From Camelus dromedarius (lineage: Eukaryota): a stretch of 64,000 nt of DNA. The notes beneath the pieces were generated by a model. It did no database searches. It saw only the letters and a list, made by a program, of their open reading frames with translations, and was not told the DNA's origin. The translations under genes and the position numbers were made by a program. The stretch spans positions 70,124,001 to 70,188,000 of the forward strand of contig NC_087436.1 in assembly GCF_036321535.1 (NCBI RefSeq). Direction: 5' to 3'. Each line of letters begins with the position of its first letter. The first letter of the stretch is position 1. Shown here in pieces: positions 24,431-39,000 of the stretch.

Positions 24431-27400
24431 AAGCTCATGCACTTAATCATTGTATACTTCCTCACCAAGACCTTAAAGAAACCAGTCTGAGTAGAGGGCA
24501 GTAAAAAAAAGTTGCTGGATGGGAGAGAGAGCAGAGGAAAGGTGGCAAAGAAAGCAGCTTTTCAGACTAGAAGAGTAGGATTGGCCTCAAAACGTATTCA
24601 CCTGATTGTGCTTTGCCTTTCATCTTTCCCTTTCTGTTTGACTTTTAGCAGAAACTTATGTGTTACAGAGGTAGAATTTTATCAGAAAGCTAAGAGAATG
24701 TATTTTTCTAGTGTCAGTTATAGGTAGCAAAACGTCTAGGTGGATGATGATGAGAGTGTAGCAGAATTAACTGGATGAAATAATGACATTTCCTTGTTGG
24801 CTAATATTTTTGAAAATTCTTAAATAATTAAAAGAGTTGCCTAAAAGATATGCAGCTTCTCCATCATTGCACAATAAATAACCTGTAGCCAACATAAATC
24901 AAAGTAGAATCTCATTTTAATGAATTTTGCAGAGCATCACAACTGTTATATTTCCATGCAAACTTTATTAACATTAATTATGATGTCTTCCTGGAGTGCA
25001 AAGTGGCTCAAGTATGAGCTTGAAATTTTATTTTGGTAAGTCAGTAGTGCACCATAAGCATTAAAGAATTGGTATGAAATTATGTGAAAAGAAATGCCTT
25101 TTGAGTTACAAAACAGTGGTACTTGAGACGTACATATTAATATGGTCCTGTGATTGTATAACTGAAAAGTTCATAGCCTTCCTAAAATCTGTCAGGGCTG
25201 CAGGCCAAGATAGTATTCTTCTTTGCAGAGCCCATCTTAGTGACTGTCTGGTTCTAGACTTGCTCTGTGTGAAATGGACACGATACTCAGCATGTGTCAG
25301 AGGGAGTGGCATGGAGAGGGAGCGGAGCGGGGAAAGTTTGAAACCTCATAATCCATAAGAAAAGGAGAGACTGGCACACTGACAGCAAGAGGCATGTAGA
25401 AAGCAGTTGTTTCAGCATGTTGCCTTTTAGAGTACGGTTCCTCTGACTTTAAAATCTGTTTAGGGGCTCTCCACAGACATTTATCTGCTTCCCCTGCCTT
25501 TTCTGTGAACTTAGGAAATCTGGTCACCTGGTGTGAATGCTTAGTAAAATTCTCACTTCTCTCTCCTCTTCCTTCCTCGGGGCCCAAGGGATGCCCCAGC
25601 ATACCCTTTGCTCAGATCAGCTTTTTACTTTCCTCTCCCTTAGTCCCATGAACATTCACCCTTACCGACTTTCATTTCATGTCATGGTAGGGTTTTTGTT
25701 TTTCTTCCAGAATTCCTGAAGGCAGAATCACTTCTAATATGAGAGTGGCTGCCTTTACTGACTGCTTACTTTGTGCCCAGTGCGAGGCTGAGCGTGTAAC
25801 TTACACTACTTTATCCAACTCTGAAATAGTTAATATGAGTATCTGCATTTTGTCAGTAAGGAAACAGGCACAGGAGCAAGAAGCTTGCCAAGGTCACTCA
25901 GCTTCTAAGTGGTGGGTCTAGGATTCACTGTGGGCGTTCTGACTTCATTCCACCTGCTCTCCACCTCCTTAACTGCCTCCTGTAATTGGAATCACATCCT
26001 AAACTGGAGGCTCTTTTCTAGGCCCCAGTAATCCTCTAGTTCCTTGTTCTACCCAGGAAAGCCCTATTTGCTAAAAATAAATGAATGAATGTGAAGTTCA
26101 CAAGTCACCAGTTTGATAGAGAAAATAGTTATGTATCTGTGTGTCGAGGACTTAGGAATTTCTTAAACACCTGTAATTGACTGTTTCTTGTCTATTGCTT
26201 TGTTCTCTCTTCATATCCGTCCATAGTGGCTACCATATAGTAGATGCCTTGTACATGCTGAATGATTGAATCTGTTACGTACAAATGAATAAAGCTTGTG
26301 TTAGAATGACATGCTTGTTAGGGCATAACTTGGTTTCTAGAACTTGGGGGTTTTCATGGTTGAAGTGAAACAGGAGGGTGGAAATATACCACTGCAAAAA
26401 TACAGAGTGCTTTAGAGTTACATCTCTATGCCAACAAGTATCCGTTGAAAGTCTGGTATTTGGTAGGTACTGTTATAAGCAGGTGTGTAATGGTGTGCAA
26501 AGCAGGCAAAAGTTCTTCTCCTGGCACCTGTGATCTTTGTGAAGCTAGTTATTTAGTTTCATTTGTAACTGAGTATACTTAGACAAGAGGATGAATTTCC
26601 CAAGATCATCCACTAAGTAGTTGGTAGCTTTCATCTGTAAATCACTGCTTACTGCCACCTCGCCATTAAATCCATTTTAGTTATTAAGGTAGACGTTATT
26701 TCCAGTCTTAGGCTGGCTAATTTTAACAAGTAAAAAGATTATGCATTGTAATAGTCCTGCTAGTGTTTGTTTCTGACAAAAAACCGACTCAGTTTCTCAG
26801 GTACACTCATTTTATAGTACTTATTATCCTTGGTTAATATCTACAAACTAGTACTGAGTCTGCCAAGTGTATAAACCTAAACTTGTAGAAATCTCAACAT
26901 TAGAGTTAGACATAATAAATCTTTGTATGCAAGAGGGAAGGAAGTGGGAGGGAGGGAAGTGGAAGGGAGGACTGAGGCATGTGACAGTCATGACCATTCA
27001 ATTGAATAATCTTAGAATTTAGCAGAAACATCTGGGCTTTCCCAGATGCCATCATGATGATAATTCATCAAGGAAACCCTTTTGTGCTAAAAGTAACTAG
27101 TGAGATGAGCCAGGGGTGGAGGAGGGGGTGAGATATTTCTTCTTAAATTGTAGAATCATGACACAGGAAGCCTTGGGAAACAACTTGTGAGCTTTACAAA
27201 CTGATTTAGTTGCACAAGTTGACAGATTGTAGGAAGCACTATTGTGTGCAGAATAGGAACTAGGTAATTAATAGGAGGAGTTAGCTAACTATAAAAGAAA
27301 TAAGTGAAATGGTCTGTTACCTTCAAACCTGTTGAAGAATTGGCATACCTGCCAGAAATCTGTTTCTGAAAAGCATCATTTAAAATGGAAAAATTAGAAG

Positions 27401-30400
27401 TAAACCAAATGCTTACCAGCATGAAAATGGCTTGGAAAATTGCTTATACATAAAATGTAATATTACCTTATAATACTAGCAGCCCAAAGGATAAACTACG
27501 GCTACACACTACAATGTGGATGAATCTTAGAAAATGCATTGTTGGGTCAATGGCTTAGAAGGTTATGGAAGCCTTATTGTAAAGTTAAAAAAACCTGAAG
27601 TTAATATATATTGTATAGGCATTATATACATATAATAATATTTTTAAAAGAATGATTTACACAAGATTCAAAAGTGATTGCCTCAAAAGGGGAGGCAGGA
27701 AATCAGAAGAAAGAAGTAGCATATAAATGTAGGTTGTTAGCCCATTCTCCAGTTGACAATAGTTTCATGGATATTGGGGGTTTTTTTTTAAACAATTAAA
27801 GTTATACATTGAAGTTTGCAATTTAAAGAAGTTCTACAATGAGTCATTTTAGAAAATCGCTCCATCCCTTCATTTATCTTTTCACACTTCTGAATGTATC
27901 AGGTGTTCTTAATGTGTTCACCTGAGTCAGTAAATGTGCAGGGAACTCGGTAGGATGGTTTTTCAGCTCTGTCCTCACAGTGGTGGTTCAGCAAGCAAGT
28001 GACATTGTCCTTCACGGTGTTCAGGAAGAATTTGGTTCACCCTCTGCCAGCACAAGTAGGAGAGATCCATGCTGGGTTCTCAGGTTCTCAGAAAATGTCT
28101 GATTAAAAAACCCGAACTAAGTGTCTAAGGGTGGCTAAGTGGAATATATGGTTTGTGGAACATTAAGGTGTAAAGTGTGAAAGCTGCTAAAAATTTTCTC
28201 TTCTTCAAATCTTTGTTCAGATTCATATTTAGGAAATTTCATGAGGATCTTGCTTTGGTTTTGCTTTTGTTTTGTTTTTAATTTTCCCTGAGTAAAATTT
28301 AATCCTTGGAGTGGAGTGCTGAAGTTGCAAAGTGTAGAAGAAAGCATGGACTTTGGGGCATTCTAGACAGAAGCAGCTGGGGATCCCAGATCTGCCGCTT
28401 GCTAACTGTGAGATCTTGGGCCAGTTACATGGTTCAGCTTTGATTTCCTTGTATATGAAGAGGGAGTATCAGTACCTACTTTGCAGGATTCCTGTGATGA
28501 TTTGATATGGTATTTATAAAGTACCTAACAGAAAATAGAAGTTCAATAAATGGTAGCTACCTTAAGTAGTAATAATTTTTCCACCTTGTATAACAGGGAC
28601 ATTGGGTGTAACAACCCAGTCTTTGTCTTAAAATAGTAGCTGAGTAAATACACTTTAAAGAAATGTAACTGCTAACTTTGAAATGTGTATCTTATTTGCT
28701 TTGAATCAATCATAATGCAGAAAATTTGGGCTGTATAAGCAGGTAGAATATAGGAGTATTCACATCATCATCTTGGATTTGAACCTCACATAGGCTCGTT
28801 AATTCTGCTTTAGAGCCACAGACTGTACCCCAGCCCTCCTCAGAATGATTTTACAAGCATATGCTGTTATTCACAAGTGGAATCAAATGAGAAAATAGTT
28901 CAGTACAGCTTAAAACTAGTATGTTTATGAGAAAAAACAAGATTATGAAAAAAAAGGTCAAGGTTTGTGTGTCTTACTGATGACTTAATATTACCTTTAT
29001 ATTCTAAGCTAATATGTTTACTTAGTAAAGACCCAAATGTAAAAACAGTACTAAGTAATATTTAAAATTATTTTTATTAGTCCTCTATAAAGATAGTGTT
29101 TGTTTTCATAGTAAATTCATTGCCTGTGAACAGTGAGTAACTGTTAAACACTCAAGAGTGTTTACCTGTAAACAGGCATAACCTAGATAAGTAGAAGTAC
29201 AGGTTTTCCTGCCCACCCACAGCTCTTCTTTCTGAAATGACTGCTAACACCTCCTCAGACTGGTAGGTATGGGAAACTCGAGGTTTCCCAGTGCAGGCAG
29301 GTTTTTCTCTCCTTGGCAAACATTCTGATTGCTTTGGGCTTCCCTGCCTGTGTCCTCTACCTGGAGAGAAGGACCTTTGGAAGGAATGTTAACCAAGTTC
29401 CTCTGCTTATTAACCTAGATGTTCTTGTGCTGCCATGTTGTAATCAGTCCAGATCTCCTGTTCAGGATTAAGTAAATGCTTATTGTTTTCTTGGTGGGGA
29501 GATAGTTCATCACGGTTTGTGACAGACTAAATTCAAATATTGGTGGACATGGGCAATTCCAGAGCACGCAGATTAATTCGTATTCTCTATTCTGTATGTT
29601 AAGATTGTATCAGTGATCTGCAGTCTTGATGTCATATGCACAGATAGCCAAGGATGTTTGGTGTTGTGGTTCCAGGGACTATTTAGTGTATGTTTAATTT
29701 AAAGGTTTTGAAGACTGCTTAACTATGTTTTAAAGTATTGCATGGCTTAAAGTGAAACTATAAACTATCCTCCTTTAAACTTTAATGTATATGATGGAAA
29801 TACGTCTGGCTAGAAGGGAATTGAATTGTAATTAAATGTGAATGTGTTAAATGAAGGCTTATATTCAGTATTTGGATATGTAAACTTTGCTTCCTTAAAA
29901 AAGTGATCTTGTCCGACTGCTGCATGCCAGCGCCTGGCACACGGCGTACTCTCAGTGAATGATGAATGAACAAGTGAGTGAATAAGTGAATGAGTAGCCC
30001 TGGGTCCAGATGTAGAATAACACTGGAAGAGATTTACATAGAAATGAATGACCCTACCTGGAATATTTTGTTTTCTTTAGTAATTTGCTGATTTTATTCC
30101 TAATTATGAACACCATATACATATACGCACTCTTATGTTATACCAGTTTGCCTTCTCTAACAGCATGAAAATGCCTATTTGCCTACAGGATCTGGTTCTT
30201 AGCATTTTTTTCTTTGAGCTCAATCTCAAATTAGAATGGAAGCAGTTATGGAATTTTAATGATACTCAAGGAGAAATGTCTTATTTCAGTTTTCAGGTAT
30301 CCCTCTGATAAGACATCCTAGAACAGATTAAATCACCTTGGGACATGTTTCCTGAAATTGTATGTTCCTCCTCAAAACTGGACCCTTAAGAAGAAAAAAA

Positions 30401-31099
30401 AAAAGAAAGAAACAACTTGTTTTCAATCGCCCAAAACATTTTCAGAGAAAACCTTTATCATCCCTTATCTTCTATTATTTATGTATCTTAAAAAGCAAGT
30501 ACCTAACTTTTTGCTACCAAGGCATAAAGGCCTCACTGGATAATACAGCTATGTGGGTGGGTGGGTAAGCTGGTTGATTGGTTTAAGGGAAATATAATGT
30601 GCCCTTAGGATGTTCCAGGATGGGAGACTTTTTAAGATATTACATAGTTCTGTGCTCTTATTAGGAACTAATCTAATGTAGAAACTTAGTAAATATAGCA
30701 ACATCAAAAGGAGAGGGGAATTGCCATTCATCAGGAAGGATTTTGCTTTTTTAACTTCAAGTTTTCTTGTTGTTTTTTACATTTCTGTCCAGTCTAAAAA
30801 GTTAGGTCTCTGTACTTTGGAAAAGGAAATTATAAATGCTTAGAGTATGATATTTAAATTGGAAATCTGCTTTAGTTTTTTTCCCTAAAACACCATCTTT
30901 AGCAGAGTAAAGACTTTTAATAGCTAAGTATATGACGATAAAAGAGGTGAATTATGTGCTTGTTAAATCAGTCTAACTGCCTCTTTTACCATCTTTGCTA
31001 TGGAGTATTACCCAGTATGAATTGTCCTCCACTTATCTAGCTCTTTTATCCCACAGTGAGGGGAATTGATGAGGATATGTGCATTGTGTTATGTCTGAT

Positions 31100-31872
31100 C
31101 ACAGTTTGACTAGCACAGTCTGGAAGTGGGTTGTACAGGATGAGAGCAAGCAGCCTAATTGCTCTCCCTGCATCAGCAGCATCTATAAAGCATCCTGGGA
31201 ATTGCTCGCCATCCGTTCAGAGCAGCTGGTCACATGAGCTTGAATTTTCAGTTCAGTTCATTAGTCAGCCATTTTGGTCAACACCCTGCTTACTGCGCAC
31301 AACCAATCCTATTAGAACTCAGCATCCCGGCTCCTCTGAGCAGATCCTGCAAGTGATTTCTGCGATTCAGGATTTTTTTAAGCTAAATAGAAAATATTGG
31401 CTTATTTTTTGGTTTTTTGGTTTGGGGTTTTTTTGCTTTTGTATTTCTTTTTCTGCACAAAGAAGGAGGATTTTTCACTTACTCATACAGAGGCCAGTTT
31501 TTTAAAGCCAGCTAAGGTGGAATCGGCTGTGCAGGATTTCAAGCCTCTGGCTCAGCTGAAAAAGAAGGGGGTAGGGAAGGGAAGATAAAAGGAGAGAAGC
31601 TGGAAGAAGACAAGCATCGTCTTACTTTGCTATGTGGTAGGAACTGTCTATGAGAAAAGATAGTATAGAATTGTTTATCTTGAACAGTTGGTTCTTAAAT
31701 CATTAGGTATTTTTCCTTGTGTGTTTTTTTTAACCTCCTCTATCCCTTTTCTTGAGAGCTTTGTTACAGAGCTTTGGATTTGGGATTTTTGTTGAGGAGG
31801 TTTTATTTATTTTTGTTGGGTGTGTGTGTGTGTGTGTGTTTGTGTGTGTGTTGTGGTCCCAGCTGAGTCATC
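31100..31872 (+). promoter_or_regulatory. Putative promoter / 5' UTR of RUFY3 exon 1b (non-CpG-island)
   Basis: No recognisable transposon sequence; TATAAA at ~31184, CCAAT at ~31303, a purine-rich block at ~31560-31615, (TG)n at 31821-31850 and TGAGTCA at 31864-31870. The transcription start cannot be determined from sequence. Confidence 0.45.
31821..31850. repeat. Interrupted (TG)n microsatellite just upstream of the exon 1b ATG
   Basis: Read directly from the sequence. Confidence 0.9.
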
Positions 31873-32050
31873 ATGTCTGCTCTGACGCCTCCCACCGATA
31901 TGCCAACCCCCACCACTGACAAGATCACACAGGCTGCCATGGAGACCATCTACCTTTGCAAATTCCGAGTGTCTATGGATGGAGAATGGCTCTGCCTGCG
32001 AGAGCTGGATGACATCTCACTTACACCTGACCCAGAGCCTACCCATGAAG
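31873..32050 (+). CDS. RUFY3: RUFY3 alternative first coding exon 1b (MSALTPPTDMPTPTTDKITQAAMETIYLCKFRVSMDGEWLCLRELDDISLTPDPEPTHE)
   Basis: Recognisable RUFY3/Singar N-terminus; donor AAG|GTATGG; 178 nt, so phase 1; G|AT = Asp into the common exon. Confidence 0.95.
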
Positions 32051-34961
32051 GTATGGTCAGACCCCATCCACTAGCGTCTCACCAGCATCCTCATTGTTAC
32101 TTGGGCTGGGAGGGTCAGGGAGAGGCAGGAAGAACCCATACTCTAAACTGTTAACAACCCTGAAAACCTTTCAAGCTTACCTACCACCAGCTCCCCTTCA
32201 GTACTTTACTGGGGAAAAATATGTTTTCCCTGCCCCATGAGGTATCCTTTCAAAAGATGCTGGTGCTTGTTTAGAGTTCTTTGTCTTGAAGCCTCTAATG
32301 AGAACATTTGAGGTCACTTATCACATCTGACCCTAATCGATAATGGAAAAGCTATTAATTCTGATCAGATGCTAAAATATTATAGAAATTAGAGTGATCC
32401 TTAATAGAGTAAGGTAAAATAGCATAACTGTAATTATAGGGTTGTACATGATATAGTTGAAACACTCATGAAGGGTATCCTATTATCAGGATGTAATGTT
32501 AATCAGGCTATGATACCTAGAAAATAATTGGTCAAGCATTATCTTTTTTAATAATGTAGATTATAAGCTTAGATGAGAAAGCAGTTTTACATTCAGTGCT
32601 TATTTAATGAATATGGACACTTAAAAAAGCATAATGCCTTCAAAAGGTTAAACATGGTTGATAAGGTAATCCCTACCTGTGGACTGGAACCTATTGGCCA
32701 TTGCTTTTTAAAAGTTATTTGTGGTAGCTATGATGACCCTTTGAAATTTCCACTGTCAGTACCTTTGAGACCTTTGTGGTCTCTTGACTCTGACTTTCTC
32801 CCAGAACCTTTTCTAAATTTTAAGAGGTTTTCATCTTCTCTCCCATTATAAGGAAGAGAATTAATCTGAGCCATAATTTGAAGCAAATTGTTTTGTATTT
32901 TTGTGTAATGGTCTCTTAGCTAATGTTTATTCCCTACCCTTAAAATAATGAAGACAAATGCTTACATATGAAGATAAATTCTTTACAAGCATCTGCCTGA
33001 TGTTTAGGCGTATCTGCAGGACAGAGGGCATAAGGTGAATTGCCATAGCAATTGGGTTAGGAATAGTGATCCCTTGCCCTTGACCTAGCATTGCAATCTT
33101 GTCATGACTCAGATTTCACCTTTTGTGACAGAAGAGGATATTATTTTCCCAGTTAGACTATGTTAGAGAGGGTTAACAACACCGCACAAAGCAGTCATTT
33201 AGGGTGTGTCTTTAAGGGCAATGGTTAAGTAGTTTTTAAGGCCGTTTGTATCTTTTAACAATTGGTTTGTCACTTGTACAGCTTCCTTTGGCTCTAAGTT
33301 TCAGAATGTGCACAAGGATTAGAAGACATCAGCTGGAATTCCATACAATGCCAGTACTGTTTAGAACAGCCTCCAAAGCTTTAAAAATCTTTAGGAAAGG
33401 AGAGTACATTTTTAGGTGGTACCAGGAAGTATTTTAGCAAATGCCTCAATTAGCATATTTTGTTTTAAAAATTTCATTTTGAAAGTCATGTTATATGAAA
33501 TATTCCCTTTTATAAAAGGCAGTAAAAGGCAGTGTGTCAGTGCCTCAAAAATAATTTTTAACAAATTTAGTACTCGAATATATATGCTTTTTGAGCAAGA
33601 TTCCTATGAGTGAGCAAAAATGAGTTGTTTGGTTCATGTAGGCTTTTGTAGTGGTGCTGATTGAATTCTTTATTGCAAAACCTGTGAGGGAAACTGTATG
33701 AGAACTGCAGCCTAAGCTTAAGTGGCACATCCTTGGATTAAGGAAAACAGAAATAGGAAGTTCCCAATACCTTAGAATCGATTATAGAGGGGTATGGAGG
33801 AAAGTAGAGAAATGCTGACAATGAGTTTTGGAATTTGGCCTTATTTGGCAAAAGAAGCAACAATTTCAAATGATTAGAACGAGAAGCGGTCAAAGAAAGT
33901 CCTGGCCCAGGAACACATCTGTAGGTTTAGTGATCTAGGACACCAGGTAGTGCTGTGCAGGGCTTTTATTCCTTGCCCCACCGGCTAACTCTGGATGTCT
34001 AAACAATCATTTGGACCCAAGAAATGCCTGCTTTAATATTAATGCCAGTGATAATTGTTAAGTTTAATTTCGCCATCAGCGTTTAAGTGGTGATCTCCAG
34101 GCCAGTGATAACAAGAATCTCACCGTGTTGACAGCATGGAGCACCTGGTGCCCAGACACACAGAAGTATTCACAGAATACTTCCCAGCTGATTCCTAGAG
34201 GGAAAAACATCTGACCACGCAAGTCCTGCATTGGGGCCTCCTGACCCCCGCAAAAGAGAGCGGGTGGAAAGCGGGTGTCTTAAGACAATAATACAGGCTA
34301 ACTATGTGGCTTCAGCAGTAGAAGCCTTGTGGTTTCCAACTTTTGTCTTCTGAAGACAGAGTTCCTGCTCTTCACTGTGCAGTCCACAGTGTAGCCTGGA
34401 CCTAGAGTTTCTGCCTAGCTTAACTCTTAAATACATGGGAGTAAAAACTCACTTTATTACTTCAGTGCTTATTGATGGTCAAGGAAGTGATCTCTCTCCA
34501 CCCCCTACTTTTTTTTTTAAGTATATTAATAATATAAATAATATATTATTTATATATTAATATAAATATATAATTAATAATAATATAAAATAAATATAAA
34601 TTAATAATAAAATAATATACTTAAGTATATTAATAATATACTTTAAAAAAAACAAACCTAGAGCGAATCTACAAATCTCTGACGGTAAGGAAGGTTCAGG
34701 AAAGGCTTCATCCAGTAAGTGACACCTGAACTGGGCTCGACCTTGTGAGATAAGTAGATGATCACCAGGCAGACACTGTGGTGGAAGGGGGTGGAGGCTG
34801 GCGGGGATGACTTTTCAAACAGTGCACAGTGAGCCAGCCATGCTGGGCAATAGCAGGCAGTTAGGAGTGGTTTCCACCAGATGGAGGTTAGGAGCATTAA
34901 ATGGGATAATTAATGTAAAGCACCCTATAAATGTTAGTTATTTGTACAGTAGTTATTCATA

Positions 34962-35090
34962 GGGGGGAAGGGTATAGCTCAAGTGGTAGAGCACACACTC
35001 AGCACACAAGAGGTCCTGGATTCAATCCCCAGCACCTCCTCCAAGCAGAAATCAGTGAATAAGCCTAATTACCTCCCCCTCATAAAATAA
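34962..35090 (+). mobile_element. tRNA-Ala-derived SINE
   Basis: tRNA head and 'cctaattacctcccc' tail; TSD TTATTCAT. Confidence 0.85.
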
Positions 35091-35787
35091 TTATTCATGG
35101 GACAGTAGTTTGTGCTGCAACAGTTTAAGCCACATCATTAAATCTATTGCCATTTTAGTGTGTATTTGTTTTTATGTCTAACCATCTGGACTGGTCTAAA
35201 CTAGTTGTTTACCAGACAGACTGAAGGTGAACATTAGTAGCTTAAATTCGTGTTTTAGCATTGTCTTTCCTTGGGCCTTTATAAACAAGAAAATACTTAG
35301 TTAAAAATAAACCTCAGTTATCAAGAAATACTTGTTTTCCTATTAACTTTCTTTTAAAGATGAGGAATCCAACATTGAGAGATGATCTGTACCATTTTGT
35401 TACAAAAACAACTGTAAGCTCTGAATTACTTTTCTGACTTAGAAAACATCCTTCTCAAATACAGATAATAAGAGGCAGACTATGAAGAAATGATACAGGG
35501 GAGAGACACACTGAGAAGAGAACTTTTGCTCAGGTCTTTGATCGCAGTGTTGCTGTGGAGAACTGTGTGCTGGCTGACTTCAGACGTGCTGTCACCGCAT
35601 GACTCTGCAGTCCTCCCCAGTGGTTGTTTCCTGCTTTAGTGTTCATTTCGGGGATCTGGCATTTATACTGTAGTGTATAACGGGGCAGCTTATATGTAAC
35701 ATCTGTGAGTGTAGTGATGATATTGCACATCATGCAAGGAATGTGTTTTGGTTTGTCACTTGGTCAGAAATATTTATTGGGCATCCC

Positions 35788-36064
<277 letters not shown>

Positions 36065-39000
36065 CTAGAGACTAAAAAATGGGTGGCCCTTGCCTTCAGT
36101 GAATTCACAGAAGTCAGGGTAAAGAGATGAAACAAAGATGTCAGAGGCTGCGGTAAAACAAATGTGAACTGCTTGGTTACTAAAAGACAGTCAATTCTGT
36201 TTCTTAGGAACTGGACATGGAATTCAGAGCCAGATAGCACTTAAAGTGACCACACTTCCCAAAGCCCTGTGTGGGTGTAGATGTGGGATCAGGTTTTTCC
36301 ATTCAATAGGGAATACTCTACTGATACAATAAGCAAGGAGAAATTCCCTGAAGATGAAATGGTTTGTTATTCAGTGACTGTGGAAAGTGTCTGGTGCTGA
36401 GATAATTCCACGGACATTTACTAACATCCTTTTACTCATTCACATCACTGCACACTAGTGTAACCCCAACTTGCCTGGGAACTGCATATGTTTTAATGAA
36501 AAAAGTGCATGTTCCAGTGGGCATTTTGGCGGGAAATCCAAATGGATGTTTACCAAGAAACTTGATAGCATGAATTCACTACAGTTTCGTGCAGGGCTTC
36601 TAAGCCTGGGATCCATGATCCAAAAAATTATATATAAAATTTTATATCTGCATTTTTTTTCCTGGGGAAGAAATCCTTAGGGTCCATTAGAACCCCCAAA
36701 GGAAAAAAAGCAGTATTTTAAAAACATGCAGTTTTTATCGTAAGATCAGACCTTCGGCCCATCATTCAACACACATTTAAGTATCCCACTTACAATTTAT
36801 GTTCCACCCTATGCTAGGTCCTGAGGTACAGCACAGTGAACTGGCCCGTTCCTCTGTTCTTTTCTGAGCTTATTGATAAGTGGGAAGTAGGGTACTTCAA
36901 CAAGTAAAATGGCAGTCATTGCAGTGTAATGGTACAGAGCCAAAAATATTTTCTAGGGAGTTCCAGGGAAATTTTCCAATTGAAATAATGTCTGAACCTA
37001 AGACGTAAAGGGTAAGCAGGAGTTAATCTAGTTGTAAACTGGAGGCAAGGGATGGTGGGGGTGGGAGGTGGGGAAGAGACAGCATTTGCAGAGACCCAAA
37101 CGCCAGAGCTGAAAGATTTTCAGTGTATATTTTCAGCCTCTTTCCAAAGTTCCTTTTCAGTAAATTTTCACCTCTTTGCTCTGAAATACTGCTAAAGCCA
37201 CATGCTCTACCAGGGACAAAATGTTAAGGGTAGTGATCAAACGGTAGATTTCTTTTTCTTTTCTGGTTGTGCCAGTGTTAATTTTTTCACATTAAAATCT
37301 GAAGTGTTCTGACAGTGAATAAGTTCATTATATGTTTGCATTTATTTCCATACTTTGTTAAAACTATAGTTTTCTCTTATGATTAATCAAACAGTGCTAT
37401 ATGTGTTAGGGCATCAAAGAAGGATGTATGTGCTCTGTTCCACACAAGAGGCTTAATTTTGTCTTTCATATTCATCTCCACAACTACCAGGATCTCATTA
37501 TGTCACATCCAGATTCCCACACCTACTCTCAGCTTTTCTCTAAACCATTTCTCTTCGGATACTGATTCATTCATTATAAGAATGCCAAATAAGTCTTCAC
37601 AAAAGTGAACGTTTCATTCTTGTACAAGAGCCTGTTTCATTCAGCCTTTATATTGAATGTAGAATATTCCTGAGAAAGTAGTGGTGGTGGTGGTGTAGCA
37701 GGAGGAGATGTTATCATTTATCGGGCAGCTCTTCTGTGCCATCAATTAAATTGGAGGCCTTAGCTTTTTATCCACTTGATTTTCTTCCCCTCTTTCCACC
37801 CATTTTTATAAAGTCCACGAAGATATTTCCCTAGTTGTGCAGGTGCTGCCCAACAACAGAAACGGCACACTGCTGAAACTGACCTGGCTGGCAGGCAGCA
37901 CCTTTATGTGCTGAACGTAAAATGTTTCTCAAGTGGATGTGCAAATGACATGAAAAGCTGTTTGTGGGAGCAGTAATGTTTGTGATTATGGATTGTATAG
38001 AATAGTAACTACATTGAATGCTAATTGTTTAGCCAAATATTCTCATGCCCTTCTTTGGGTAACTTTACTTATCAAATGTTTTTTCAAACTCCTTTTCTGT
38101 GCTTACCTATTTCAACCAGGCTGTGATTCTGTACTTCACCAAAACCCTGATTCCTGTTGTTCCACTATTCCTGCTTGAGATTCTTCTTGCTGACATTAAA
38201 TTAGGAAAAGGAAAGGACCCTTGACACCCTTCATCCATGAGCCCTCTCTAACAAACCCAACACCCTTCATCTCCTGAATCATTGGATACTGTTGTGTCAC
38301 TTGCTTGAATGCACTTGAAATCATTCTCCAGTGATTTATTTTAATCTATATGATTCCTACTTTATGAAGTTATACAGAAAGTTCTTTGGGGAAAAACTTT
38401 TCTTTTGCATCCTGTTTATGGTAGCTATCCAGCACACTTTAGATGAGCTCATTAATGCCCCACAACTCCAGAAAATAATCACTTTTAAAAGAAAAGATTA
38501 TTGGAATACCTTCCCTCCATTATACACAACTTACGGTTTCTGGGTATTTTCAATTTTTAAAAATCATTTATCATACTCTAGACTCATTGTATCTTATTTT
38601 GAAAATAGAAATTGAGTATAAGAAATAATTTGTTGTTGTTTACCATATCCATGAGTAATACTCAGTGCTGATGAAAGTGTGGTCAGATCCAGGTGGGGCT
38701 CTGCTAGTGGGAGTATACAGTGGTACAGCATTTTTGGAAATCACTTTATCAGTGTGGATCAGGAGCCTTAAAAAATTAAGTCCCAGTGATTATACCGGAC
38801 ATCTCTCCTAAGGAAATAATCAGAGGTACAGGCAAAATATACAGGTAGGTATATTTATCACAGTATTAATTATTTAGAGTGGCAAAACTTTAAATGCAAC
38901 TTAGATAGCCTAGCAGGAAAATTGTTCAAATAATTGTAGAACATCAGTACAACAAACACTAATAATGATGTTGTGGAAGAATACTTAAGGGCTTAGGGTG

